DNA of 64,000 bases from Camelus ferus (Eukaryota), in the NCBI RefSeq assembly GCF_009834535.1, contig NC_045697.1, positions 11,224,001-11,288,000 on the forward strand, written 5' to 3'. This document shows positions 1 through 12,130 of the stretch, in pieces. The translations under genes were made by a program, and so were the position numbers. The notes below the pieces were generated by a model, which was given only the letters and a program-made list of their open reading frames with translations, did not search any database and was not told where the DNA came from. The number at the start of each line of letters is the position of its first letter. Position 1 is the first letter of the stretch.

Positions 1-554
1 AAAAAACAGGGGGTAAAATGTAACCAGAGATAGCCAAGCTACTTGGGCTTTGTAGAATTTCTCTGCCTTAGGAGGACACATCCAAATTCACAGATACCAG
101 AAGACAAAGTGGAAGAACTTCATCAACACTGCAGTACTGTCAGAGCTTTCAGGGAAAAGGGAGGTAGGGAAGAAAATGTAAAAGAGAAGCAGCGTGTGCC
201 GAAATGACTCCACAGAGGGGCCGACGTGCAGGTGTCTCATGGGACCTGATGACTGAGGAAAACAGAAGAGAAAGGCATGGAGAACGATGACATGTCCCCA
301 AAATAACTCTCTGCTTTTGGAGAGTGAAATGAACCCCCGGCAGCTACAGAGTCAACAGGAATTGTCTTTGGCTCGGGTGACTAGGAAGGTGTGCAGTCCT
401 GCCAGAAATCCTCCCTCCAGAACAAATGTGGAAGTCAAGATGAAATAACAGTGCAGGACAGAAAATTGCTGGGACCCATCAACCCTCAAGCTACAATGTC
501 CTGGATCTCAGTCTAGATGTTGAAGTGTGCTCACTGGAATTCAGTGCAGTAAGA

Positions 555-750
555 ACAGCTCTTTATGGAGCATCTTCCAGGCACTGGAAACTCCGCTGAG
601 AAATTTACATGTGTCATCTCATCAACCTTCACTTTGGCGATGCATCCCCTGATGCTTAGAAAGTGACCTCTGCCAAGTCACAAAGGTAGTGGGAGACAAA
701 GCTGGGCTTGAACCCAGGTGTCAGACCCGGAACCCCTGCCTGAACCACAC
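555..750 (-). mobile_element. MIR SINE remnant
   Basis: Reverse-orientation MIR motifs: 'ccaagtcacaaaggtagtggg...gctgggcttgaacccagg', 'tttacatgtgtcatctcat'. Confidence 0.7.
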
Positions 751-1169
751 ACCTTTCCCTAAAACGCAAGCCAACAGGAAGCGCTCCAAAACAAGATGGC
801 GTGTTAGTATTTGTAGCATCCCTGCTCCCCTAACCTCCAAAGCAGGGCCAACCTAGACATAGTTTAGTGTTTGGAGTCTTTAGCTCTCAAAGCGCAGAGC
901 CGGCAAGTACTCAGTCACACTCCTCTTCCTCCCACACATCACTTACCTGCGATGACCAGTGGGCTTCTCAGCCAAAACCCCAGGAGGAGGTAATGTCTTC
1001 AATGCCGCATTTCAGCAGGAGCTGCCCTTCAGAGGGGTCTGTAGGCTCCCTGCTGCCCAGCAAGCCTGTGCAGAAAGCTGTGCATACCTCATAAGCACCT
1101 GCCAATATCAAGGGTGTCCAACGCACACAAGCTACGGAGATGCCAAGGTGTGCATCGGTGTCCACAATA

Positions 1170-1380
1170 CTGGTCAGTGCTGACTGCCGTAGTCTGTAAG
1201 TCCTCTGAGGTGCCTTGATTATATTATCTCATTAAATTTTCACTGCAAGCCGGCGATGGTCGTATTGTGCCCACTTAACAGATAAGGAAATGGAGGCTCT
1301 GTTTACCAACCCAATCACAGAGCAAGACCCAAGAGTGTTCACCTTGAACACTTGTGCCCTTTCTACCACACCACGCAGCC
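1170..1380 (-). mobile_element. MIR SINE remnant
   Basis: 'attatctcattaaattttcac...cccacttaacagataaggaaatggaggctc' matches the reverse MIR core. Confidence 0.65.
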
Positions 1381-2592
1381 TCCCAGCCTCTCCAATGACA
1401 TGGGACTCAGGAGAATTTTCTCTATGCATCTCTTCCAGCAGAGAAATGTTTCCTGAACGAATTGGGGACCAGATACTTCCTAGAGATGAAGACAAATGAC
1501 CAGTGTGGCCCTGGACACGGCCTAGGTCTCCTAGGGGGTTACCGGGATCTTTACCCCAGGGTGTCTGTGCTGGTCCATGCTCAAAAAGGGGGTAGAGGAA
1601 AATCAGTTCTTGCTCAAAGTTAGCAGTGAGCAAGCGACCTATGACAGTTGCTTCTGTCCAAGATGAAAATCATATACCTCGCTGAACTTGTAAAATAAGT
1701 GCACAGAGGGCTCTGAGAACCCCATTCCTCTGCTTGCCTGGTCTTCTCTGTCAAATAAGACGCCGTAATTATTTGTGACTTTTGTTCCTGGAAATGTGTG
1801 AACTGACAACTCCGCTGCTTTCCCCTTGGCTATGGGAGGTGTCGGGATAGGATGGGAGGGAGGGAGGTGAACGCCCTGACTCTGACTTTGGGGTTGGCTG
1901 ACTTGAGGCCTAATGACTTCCCAGCTGGGGCTCTGGGGGCCAAGGGTCTATTTTTCAGAAAAGACACTTTTCAGCTCTAAAGGTCTTTAGCCACGGACCT
2001 GCTGAGGAAGAGGGAGTCTCTTGCCCCTGCCCCTCTTCCTCACTTGAGGTTGCAGCTCACCCCCAGAGAAACCGCCTCCCTGGAGCTGCCCGGCTCTCCA
2101 GCTGCTGGGGAAACACCTTCCTGATGCTCCGTAAGGCAAGGGCAGGCATGTGGCCTCACAGACGCACAGTCCAGCTGCTAACACGGTCCAGTGACCTTGT
2201 CCGTTGGGCCCCTCTGCACATCAACCCCACCCCTGTCGTCTAGAGAGACATCAGTGTCTCCATCCGGCCGTCCAGATCATACCTCACCTGGGGATGGGGT
2301 CCCACTCCCATCAGGAGAGTAGGGACTGGGTGGGTGGGACAACAGGACCAATACAGAGCTGCTTTCCGAAAGGAAGAATGTCTCCCCAAACATAACTATT
2401 TCCTGAATTATTATACTGCTGGGTGCCCCCCTCCAACTTAAAATAAATACAACCGTATCCTAGAGCTTATTGGAAAACACCAGCAAATCATGGTGGATTA
2501 AGTTCTTCCTGTTTAAAAAAGTCCAAAGATCTCAGTAAAGGGATTGTTTTGCCCACATTCTGTTTCGGGCTATAAATTTTTCACCAAATGTC

Positions 2593-2800
2593 CATTCATC
2601 CATTCAATCATTCATTCAATCAATATTTACTGAGCACCTATCATGTGCAAATTTCTGTCTTAATCTGAGAATTTCAGCAATAAATAAAACAAAGCCCCTG
2701 TGCACACGAAGGAGCTATTCTAATAGAGGATGACAGACAGCAAATAAACAAGGAAACACATATTTAGGGATTGATAGTAGCTTAGAGATAAGATACCTGA
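2593..2800 (-). mobile_element. LINE-2 3' end
   Basis: (CATT)n-like tail then 'caatatttactgagcacctatcatgtgc...gacagacagcaaataaacaag', the typical reverse L2 terminus. Confidence 0.8.
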
Positions 2801-3159
2801 GAGCCAGAGGGACCCTCTGAAAACTTGGGGGAAGGAAGAAGGAAAAGTTTTTTCTGGTAAGGGCTAAATAAACCTGGAATGTTTCATTGTACCTAGAATG
2901 AAAGGAATTGGGGGAAATGTTTTACATATATAAATGTAATAGCCAAGTCCTGCTTTCTTCCTTGGAAATACAAAGCTCTCAGCCACCTGTGAGGTCTCAA
3001 GGAAGAGCTGCAGCCCCCAGCCCAGGGCCAGTTGGGTGTTTTCTCTGCCCGGCACAGTGTGCCCAGACCGCGAATGGGTTAAGGTGGCCAAGCCGAAGCT
3101 CGCAGCGTTGCATAAACAGCGCGTCAGGCGTTCTAAGCATCTTTCATCTTCCCTATCTC

Positions 3160-3345
3160 CCGGCCCTAGGCTGTCAATCAGCTGTCACTTGCCTGCACAT
3201 CAGCAGTGTGTGCACATCACCAGGCTGTCAGCAAGGCAGCTGATGAGTCTCGGCTCCAGGCTGTCAATCATCTTTGTTTCTCTTCTACGCTCGGGAAATA
3301 TTTTGGCTCAGAGAAACAAAGAAACCTGGGCAACAATGGCTCGTA
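3160..3345. promoter_or_regulatory. Candidate PBX/MEIS + SOX enhancer
   Basis: CTGTCAATCA (reverse complement of TGATTGACAG) at 3171-3180 and 3261-3270; CTGTCA at 3182 and 3225; SOX-type CTTTGTT 3272, AACAAAG 3315, AACAATGG 3332. Confidence 0.55.
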
Positions 3346-4059
3346 GTCAGGCATTTACTCCTGTACGTGAATGTAAGATCTTAAACAAGCACTGATCACG
3401 CCTCACCTCCAAATGATGTCGGGGTCTGGGGTGGACAGAGGGGAGATGGAGAATCTGTTTTCATAGTACAGGCTTTCAAACTGTACTTCTGGTTCCCTGA
3501 GCAGACCCTGCTGGATTCACAACCCCTCTTTCCTCACCCCCCCACCAAAAAAAAAGCACGGGAACATAAAACAACGATAACGTGAAGTTATCTGAGCTTA
3601 TGCCTCAGAAAAAAAATCAGAAGGCTGGGAGGATGGGAGGATGGATGACTGCTTGGTTCGAAATTATTCACCATTGATCAGGCTGGCTTTTGGGGACAGA
3701 GTAATTGTTGGATTGCCGAGTTCATTTATCTCACAGGGAATTCTGAAACGGTAGCTTCTGCGCCCGACTCTCCCACTCTCTAGGGTGTGAGGCTGCCTGG
3801 GGGCGCCCACAGACAGAAAAGCGAGCGGACTCATCAGGATCTGGATGAGGGGGGCTGGCCGATGCTTGCAACAGGCGTCATTTCACTGAATGTAAAGATC
3901 TCCTAGAACAGCCCCTGGCCTGGCATGCTGGCTGCCCCTCTCAACCCAAATATTTATTGAAAATGCCCCAGCCTCCAAAAGCCCACAATATACAAATCTA
4001 AAGAGAGACTCCTTGCAATGAGTTTCAATCCGGCAGCAAATCCAAGTGGTCCTGCTCTC

Positions 4060-4760
4060 CCCAGTTTGCCACTTTTGCAAAATTACCATGTATGTATTAG
4101 CATAATTAATCAACTCATCATGCAATAGATCCAAATATACTAAGTAGTCTAAAGTCCTGTAAAATTAAGGGGAAAAAAAAGCCCAAACACTTGTTATACT
4201 CTAGGGGCTTTGAAATACATTCAGCAACAATCAGATCTTTTAATTGTGTTTATCAAGGCCCGATTACCTATCATTTACCCAATGCTCTGGACCAACCTGT
4301 TCATACATACTGTGGCTGGTTCCATCATCAGCTCCGTGCTTGTGACATTTGGGCTGTTTTACAATAGACAGATCCTTTCCTACGCACAAGGCTGATTTCT
4401 GAAAACGCATCTCTCTCTGATCTAACTGGACATTAATTGCTTTTGTGCTGATGTATCTATGCCTCTTGGTCTTACAGCACAACTAGCAAATCTGATCTCT
4501 GACAAGTTGGCTGAACCTAATCAGGACAGATCAGCTGTTACCCAAGGTGCCACAGGCTGTAATTTGACGATCTTTACAGAGTTATCACTCGCCAGAAAGA
4601 CAAGGAACTATAAATTCTGTCAACACTAATCCAAAACTGTGTGTTCCAAGCAGCTGTGGGCTCCCCCACCCCCAAGAAAAGATAGCACTTGTCAAATAAA
4701 TACCTGAGATAATTGATAAGAGGGAATTAGAAGGATGCAGCTGATACAGTGACTGGGAGG
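4060..4760. promoter_or_regulatory. Candidate conserved non-coding element
   Basis: Repeat-free and AT-rich; ATTAGCATAATTAAT (POU/homeodomain) at 4096-4110, CTGTCA 4617, TAATCC 4627. Conservation not tested. Confidence 0.4.
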
Positions 4761-5087
4761 ATTATTTTTTTTAAGGGAACTTCAGAAGCAGAACATTGGG
4801 TGAGAAGTGTGAGTTGTCAAGGATAAAGAAGGATCTCAGGGAAGAAATGGATAGCAAGTCTGTACAACTCAGCTCCCGCTTATCGCTGGGTGACTTGGTT
4901 CATATTTGCCTCGCTCACTAACCAGGCAAGTGCCCAAACATTCTCAGCCTCGAAGGAAATCTCCCACAGCCGAGTCAGGCTGCCACCCGGTGACAGTGGC
5001 TTGATTGGAGGCAAGAGCACAGGGATTATTGTCAGCCTGTCAGCACTGAGCTATTCTCTGAAGACTCTGTGGTTTTCTTACAGGCGC

Positions 5088-5128
5088 AAAAAAAAAAAAA
5101 AAAAAAAAAAAAGAGAGAGAGAGAGAGA
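5088..5128. repeat. A25 followed by (GA)8
   Basis: Directly visible. Confidence 0.95.
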
Positions 5129-6594
5129 CTATTAGAGAAAATAAACTTCTTTCTTACTGTATCGCTTTGGTCCATCTTCCAAACAAAACGAAAGGGTTAA
5201 TGTGGCATCATCTTCAAAAAACTCAGTGGCAAATGCGTCCCACCAGAGGTTGTCGCTGTCCTGCAAAGAGACAGATCATTCATTTAACAGGCAAGCACAG
5301 AAAATATCCCAAAGTGGAAAAGAAAAAGAAAAAAGGCAGAAAAACCCAAGTCACTGCTGGCTGGGTACTTAGCATATGTGCGTGGGTGTTCTAGAAAGGG
5401 TGTAGGCAGGCATGTGGCCACTCTTCAAATTAATTGCCTCAAATGGGGACCGAATTCCAATTCAATAAATGAGTTAATGCAAAGCGAATGAAAATTAATT
5501 CTCGAGGACATATTTGGGGAGATTTAATAAACATATTCTGGAACACAATGTGACTTTTTTTAAGAAAAGGGTTTACATTTAATGTAAAATGCATTCAGCT
5601 TTTTTTCTCTCTCTTTCTCTTTGCTCTTTGAAGAGTCCGATTGTACAAACAGAAACCACAATATTACCACCAGGTTAAGGAGAGTACATTTTTTTAAGAT
5701 AATTTATTCAAAAAAATAAGTTATGTGGCTTGTAATTACTCTATGCAAATATCCCCTTGAAAGATACAAGTATCGCTGTGTGGATACACGTAGATGGATG
5801 AGTTTGTGTACACCCAACCATCACACACACGTTGCTTGTTCTTGAGAACTGGTTTTAGATTACAGGCAATCACCAGCTTGTTATTAAAACAGATATTAAA
5901 AAATAGAGCAGTTCGGTGGAATGCAAACCATCCCAGGAACTCTGTTTGTTTGTTTCAGGTTGAATGTTTCCCCTGCTCATCCAGAAAACACTTTGAAACT
6001 GGCCCAGTTGAGGGCAGTTCAAATCATCGCTAACCTTGAAGGGAAGGGAAGGGTCTCTGCTAACAATGCACGAGGAAGGTTATGCAAAGGGTTATATTTA
6101 AAAGGGGAATCATCCCAGGCCTCATTCTCTGTGTTATGCTCAATTTATCCCCAAAATCTTAAGCATAATCTTTCTCCAGGTTTCAGGACGAGGTGGTTCA
6201 CAGATGCCTGTTGGATGGAAGTGGGGAGGCAGACAGAAGAGGCCCGCTGCTCCCTACTCAACTGCCCCCACCCTGGGGCCCTGGCCAAGATCTCACCAGC
6301 CTCTCTTCTTCCCATTAAATTGTTCTGCTTATGACAACATTAAATTGTCCTCACTGGCAGGCCTCAGGAGCAAGCGTTCAGTTCTGGCAGGAATAATTTG
6401 GGGGCCACTGAACATGGACACTGTTCCTCTTTTCAGATAAGAAGCTCAGACGAATGAATATTTTTGTCTCTTTTCCGCTGGCCTCTTCCCAAACACCACA
6501 ACAAAAGCCAGCTCGTTTCTTAGTAAAACACAGTAAATACAAAATCATGCAGGGGTATTTCGTGGCTCTGTATACAAACTACTCCTGCCCTCAC

Positions 6595-6700
6595 CTCCTT
6601 TCACAAACAAATATTTATCGAGCACCTGTTATGTGCAGGACCTGGGAATACAAGGAAGGGTGCAAGATTGGTCCGCAACGTCCCAGGGCTCAAAACCACT
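6595..6700 (-). mobile_element. LINE-2 3' end
   Basis: 'aacaaatatttatcgagcacctgttatgtgcaggacctgggaatacaagg'. Confidence 0.7.
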
Positions 6701-6908
6701 GGCAAGAGACAGTCAAGTGTCACCTAACAGGCAGCCTTGCTCCACACCTGAGACCGTGGCACAAGGCCTGGCTGCTGTGGAAACTGTCAGAGCTTCTAGA
6801 AAAATCTGTGGGTTTAGGAGTGGAGACGTAGCTGGAGCAAGAAACCCTGTTTGGGAGCTTGGATACATGGGTTTATTGTATTTCAAATCACTATTCAGAT
6901 GGAAAAAG

Positions 6909-7280
6909 AATAATAGTTAACATTCACCGAGCGCTTACCACACGCCACGCACTGTTCCAAGTACTTTCTGGACACTCTCTCACTCCTCACTACCACCCTG
7001 ATTCTTGGCTTTCTTCCCTCTTCAGTGCAGTATAAGTTTCTTGTAAGTAGGGGCTCTATTTTGCCTGCTGCTCCCTCTCCCAGTCCCTAGAATGGCACTG
7101 GGCCCATGGTACAATCCAACCAAAGCCATTTGGTGAGTGGATCACACTGCTCACATCAGTATCCCAGCTTTACAACTGCAGAATCAGATCAGATGGTGAA
7201 AGTAACTTGCCCCAGTACACGCAGCCATTAAATAGGGTGGCTGGGGTTTCAACCTGGATCATCAGACATCTAAGACCTGC
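6909..7280 (-). mobile_element. MIR interrupted by an L2 3' fragment (about 7005-7142, plus strand)
   Basis: MIR tail 'aataatagttaacattcaccgagcgcttacc' at left; resumes at 'atcccagctttaca...aagtaacttgcccag...ggggtttcaacctgg'. Insert 'tataagtttcttgtaagtaggggct...ccctagaatggcactgggcccatggta' is L2-like. Confidence 0.7.
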
Positions 7281-7509
7281 CCCAGCCTCTGTTCAACTCA
7301 CCTCTCTGGCGTCTTTGGGAAGGCAAGGACTGGGATTCAGAGAGAAGGAAGGGAGAGGGAAAAGGGCATATTGAGTCTCAGGTTGGGTTTGCCTGCCAAT
7401 TACTTGCTCTATGCACTGCCTGGTTGCCAGGACTCATGCCCAGAAGGACACCGGCACCGTGTAGTATGGCAGGTCATCTTACATTGCTGGTGGAACTTGT
7501 CCTGTGGGC

Positions 7510-7780
7510 AGTCCTCAGAGCCCACTCATCCTGACCCTAACACTAGCTCTTTCCAGCTCTGTGCACTTGGACAAATTATTTTACCTCCCTGAGCCTGTTT
7601 TCTGTCTTGGAAATGAAGGATAAAGATAATGATAATAACAACAGTAACAAATATCTTGTGCAGTAGATGCAACAATAGTAATATTAATAACTATCCTGCA
7701 AGGTAGCTGTGACAATTCAGTAAGTTAGTGGGCAGAGCGGTGCCCAGCAGAGTGCCTGGAACACAGTGGAGACCAAGCCA
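7510..7780 (+). mobile_element. MIR SINE
   Basis: 'ccagctctgtgcacttggacaaattattttacctccctgagcctgttttc...agtgcctggaacacagt'. Confidence 0.75.
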
Positions 7781-8764
7781 ATGCCCTTTTCCTGCCTTTA
7801 CCCACCATCTTTAGTATCATTTCTAAGGGATGAAACATTCCATGTTCTAAGGAATGCTACATCAAAAATGTTCATAAATCACGCATGTTTCCAAATCACT
7901 TCAGCTGTTTGTAACCTGTGTACTTGGCAGTGACACACCTGTCTATCACACCGGTACAACTCTGGATGGAAATGTATCAACTCTCTTTTGCCCTGCTAAT
8001 CATTCAGAGGCCCAGTGACTAGATCAGTTCCTCTACCTCCATTTTCCTGTAATTAACTCGTGGTTTTTAGCACTTCTGCTAGAAAATGGACCAGTGGAAG
8101 ATAAAAGTCCCGCAAGAACCCACGCTGATCTGGTCACTAGGAGAAGAGAAAGGATTCAGGCTACCAAAGAGGTGAAAGAATTGTCCATGAGTAGCCAGAT
8201 GGTTCCATGGGGCCAGACAAATGAGTGTTGGCAGAAGTCAGGGGAGGAGTAATGATCCAAGAAGAGGAATATCATTTGATTCAAACTAACTGTAATGGAA
8301 CATGAGATGAGTCAGCATCTCAGGAAATGTCAGGACAGGTGTGATAGGAGAAGGTCACATTAGGTAACTATACACATACACATAAAATCAATTGGCTTTG
8401 GCCACAAATCTTAGGACATTCCAAAAATAAAAATCGACTATGTGCTTTCACTGTGTCAGACGCATCATAGGTACATAAAATAGTTATCTCTGTGTTTTGT
8501 CTGATAGAATGAATGAATGAAAGAATGAATGAATGAGAGAAATTCCTTTTTGTTCCATCAAAAACCCAACTCAAGAAAATCACTGCACAAAGTTTTTGTG
8601 AGACCTAGATGGTTGACCCCACTTTGTCTGTTGGCCAATATTTTTAAACTGACATAAAAATTGGGGGGATATATTTTCAAGCTATCATTGTCAACTGACC
8701 CCTAAACACATATATAAAGCCTTTGAATTAGTCTTTAATGATGAGAGAAAAATGATGATGGCAA

Positions 8765-9015
8765 AAGGGAATTAAAAAGGAGTTCGAGATTTGCAGATAC
8801 TAATATATATAAAATAAACAACAAGTTTCTACTGTACAGCACAGGGAACTATATTCAGTATCTTGTAGTAACCTATAATGAAAAAGATTCTGAAAATGAA
8901 TGTATGTATGTGTATGGATGACTGAGACACTATTTTGTACACCAGAATTTACACAATATTGTAAACTGACACTTCAACAACCACCAAAAAAAAGTAGTGT
9001 TTTAAGAAAAAAAAA
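8765..9015 (+). mobile_element. Lineage-type L1 3' UTR fragment with A tail
   Basis: 'ggagttcgagatttgcagatac...tactgtacagcacagggaactatattcagtatcttgtagtaacctataatgaaaaaga'; the same tail occurs in reverse at about 16420-16640. Confidence 0.85.
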
Positions 9016-9239
9016 TGACTAAATGCCAAGTACAGGCCAGTCTCAATTGGCTTTTTTCTGAAGGAAGCAGATCATGGAAAAAACACATGTTTGGGGGCCT
9101 GGGTTAATAGCAGTACCTATAACTCAGTATTTTTTAAGTTTTTCCCATGAATTGAACCATCTGATATTCACAACTGCCCTCATTGCTGCCGAGGGGCAAA
9201 GCAGGCTGCCTCAGAGAGAAATTATACCCTTCATCTCTG

Positions 9240-9560
9240 TGTTACACCAACTTCAACACCTGAGTTCTGCCTCTTGTATGCTGGACGACCTTGGTCAAGC
9301 CCTCTAACTTTACATCGATTTGCTCATTGGCAAAGTGAAAACAATCATTTCAGTAGATGGTGAGGACCAAGGATTAACTGCGCAGCGCATAATAGCTGCT
9401 CAATAAAGGGCAGCTGTTAATTATTTATTATGGTCTCCTTTGCCCCAAGATTATAAATGGAGACTCCGAATTTCAATAAAACTAAACGCCTCAGTAAAGC
9501 TCAGACAGCTAGAAAGTGGCGAAGCTAAAATTCACATAGAAGTCTGCCTAGTTCCAGTCC
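9240..9560. mobile_element. Two MIR remnants (about 9240-9430 plus, 9430-9560 minus)
   Basis: 'cctgagttctgcctcttgtatgctggacgaccttggtcaagcc...gctcaataaa'; then 'cagctagaaagtggcgaagctaaaattcacatagaagtctgcc'. Confidence 0.6.
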
Positions 9561-9569
9561 ATTTTCAAA

Positions 9570-9735
9570 AATAGATTTAATTTTTTTAGAGCAGTTTTAG
9601 GTTCATGACAAAATTGAAAGGCAAGTACAGAAGGTTCCCACACACCCCCGGCCACACACGTGCGTTGCCTCCCCCGTGATCGGTATCCCTCACCTCAGCA
9701 GGAGGTTTGTTACAGTTGATGAACTAACTGACCAG
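9570..9735 (-). mobile_element. Old L1 (L1MA/L1MB-type) 3' end
   Basis: 'tttttagagcagttttaggttcatgacaaaattgaaaggcaagtacagaaggttccca...tttgttacagttgatgaac'. Confidence 0.8.
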
Positions 9736-11499
9736 CCCATGTTTTTACCAAATAATCCTGCTTGAAAAATGATTTTTCACCTCGGGGTGAAAACGATTCA
9801 CAAAAGCAGCGGATCTCCTCCTCCAGTTCCTCCAGATTTTGCCCCCTTTCCCCACTTACATGTGGTTTTTCTGAAAATAAAGCTCCTCTTTGAACACCTC
9901 TTCTTTCCACTTTGCAGTGGAAAAAAAAACTAGATCACAGTCTGATCTAGTTCCTGGGATCAGTTAGGCCATTTTAGGGGAGAAATTTGTGAAATAACGA
10001 GGCCAGGCGTCCAGGCAGTGGCGGCAGCGCAGCTAAAAATACCTGGGCCGAACCAGATACGGAACCCACGGCAGAAGGTCTAACGAGGGGACTGGGAGGA
10101 GCTCGGTTCTCAGCCACACAGCCAAGCTAACAACCTCACGCATTGTGGACAACGATGAAACTCAGTGCCTCCATCATTCATCTTCTAGATGTCGGTCACC
10201 TAGAATGGTCTGAGCGTTGCAGACAAAGGCACGTGCGCTCTGTGGTGGTAACATGTGAGGAAGAGAAAGAGCCCAAGGAAATAGAACAGAAAATGACTGG
10301 TCACAGTTGTGCAGTCCTGTCTACAGGCTAGCTCTTCTGCTTTCTGATTGCAAGCTTGGTGTTTCCCTCACTGGAAAAATGGAAGAACCAGGAGATTCCC
10401 TGGGGAGTGGGCTGCATGGTCAAGGCCGGCAAACTGACCATTAGGAGGCAGCATGGGCAAAGTTTCCAAGGCTGTTTTGCAGCAAAGATTCCGAAGAGAA
10501 GCTAAGTCTGATTTCCCCTAAGGTGTGAGGGGTGAGTAGGATGCTGCTGACCACTCTCCATGCAGACAACACCCTCAGGTCGAAGCAACAAGGATATGAA
10601 CCAGGAAGGGCCTTGAGACCGACCTGTAGGTCAAGATCGACCTTTCAGGACTCCGAGGTAAAGGTTACAATAAATGCCCTTAACAAAAAACCAAGAGCCT
10701 GAGGCCTCATTCCCAGGTGTGTGGGGTGGCTGTGCACACCGGCTACTGCCAGACAGAACAGACACAGCATTCGGTGTATACATGGTGAAAGACATTCCAT
10801 CCAGGGAAAAGCCATCCTTACCACACTGAGGACCAGCATAGTCAGGAGTTTGTCTGTGTGGAGCCAAAGGATCCAACAATGTACCACGGGTCCCTGGTTA
10901 ACCATTTCCTGCCTCCTGGTCTTTGCATACAGTTGTTCTGCTGGCCTGGCACTCCCAGCAAATACCAAGTCCCATTGTTTGGATTTCTTCTTTCCCTGTC
11001 ACCTGTGCTAGGAAAGCTTGACAACTCTACCCTGGTTAGAGTGTGGGTCAAATTACAATTGAAACACTGCATTTATCTAAACCTCTGACTGCTGTAGTAG
11101 ACTGTGAGAGGCTCAAGGATGGGACTGGGTGGCAGGCATCTCTCTGTCCTCAACAGATCTCCCACCTATTAGCTACCCAACAAGGAGTAGACCAGATGGA
11201 GAGGTTGTACTCATACAGTAAGAGTCTTCCTCAAAGGTTACTGGAATCGCAAGTCTAAACCCAGTGGTCAAGGGGTCAGGACAGTGAACAAGCAAGTCTT
11301 CTCTCTGTCACATCACTGGTGCCTCACTTTCCATCAGTGGCTGCACAAGCCACCCATGTGGCACGTTCATATTGATGCAGAAACTACTTCCCACCTACCT
11401 TGCCATCAGTTGAACCACCGTGGGGTACTTTCTTGTTCTTTACAGTGAAATGTTGGTTAAGTGACTATACTTCACTGACTGTAACTGAAATTAGGGAGG

Positions 11500-12130
11500 T
11501 TTTCCTTTATTAATTTTTAAAAATAGAGAATAAAAGATAATATGATGTAGACCCGTGGGCCCATTATCCAGAATCGACAATTATTAAAATATCTCATTTT
11601 TCCTTTTTAAAAGGAATTAAAAATTATAAATAAAAATAAGTGTCCTGGGTCTCCCTATCCGGCTCTGTTTTTCTCTCCCTCCCTCCAGGCTCCCAGAAAC
11701 AACCGTCTCATGGGAATCGCATGGCTCTTCCTAACCCATCTTTTATATTTATTACATACATGACTCTACTCATATGCAGTTCTGGTTTAAGTTTTTACTA
11801 TTTTATTAAAGTGATTTACACTATGTTCCCTTCTTTAAATTTGCTTTTTTTTAATTATTATTATTCAACATTGTGTTTTGGAGCCGTTTTATATACTAGG
11901 TCTTCTTCTTTCCTTATACCTGCCACCTGGTAGTACGTTGAATGAATGTAATATATTTTATGTAAGCATTTTGCTACTAATGATCGCTAAACAGTTTCTG
12001 ATTTTTTGTCATTATCACAATGCTGCAGTAAGTATCTTTGCGGTGTCCCTCTGTGCGAACATGTAAGAATTTCTTTGGGGCATCTATCTGAAGGAGGCAC
12101 GCCTAGGCATCGAGCGTGTGCTTGTCTGTA
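11500..12130 (-). mobile_element. Ancient L1 (L1ME-type) fragment
   Basis: AT-rich, degenerate L1 3' sequence, e.g. 'gtttctgattttttgtcattatcacaatgctgcagtaagtatctttg...gtaagaatttctttggggcat'. Confidence 0.65.

Noticed and set aside
774..801. ETS-like CAGGAAG plus YY1-like CAAGATGGCG as a promoter
   Set aside because: Isolated short motifs with no CpG island or downstream gene structure.
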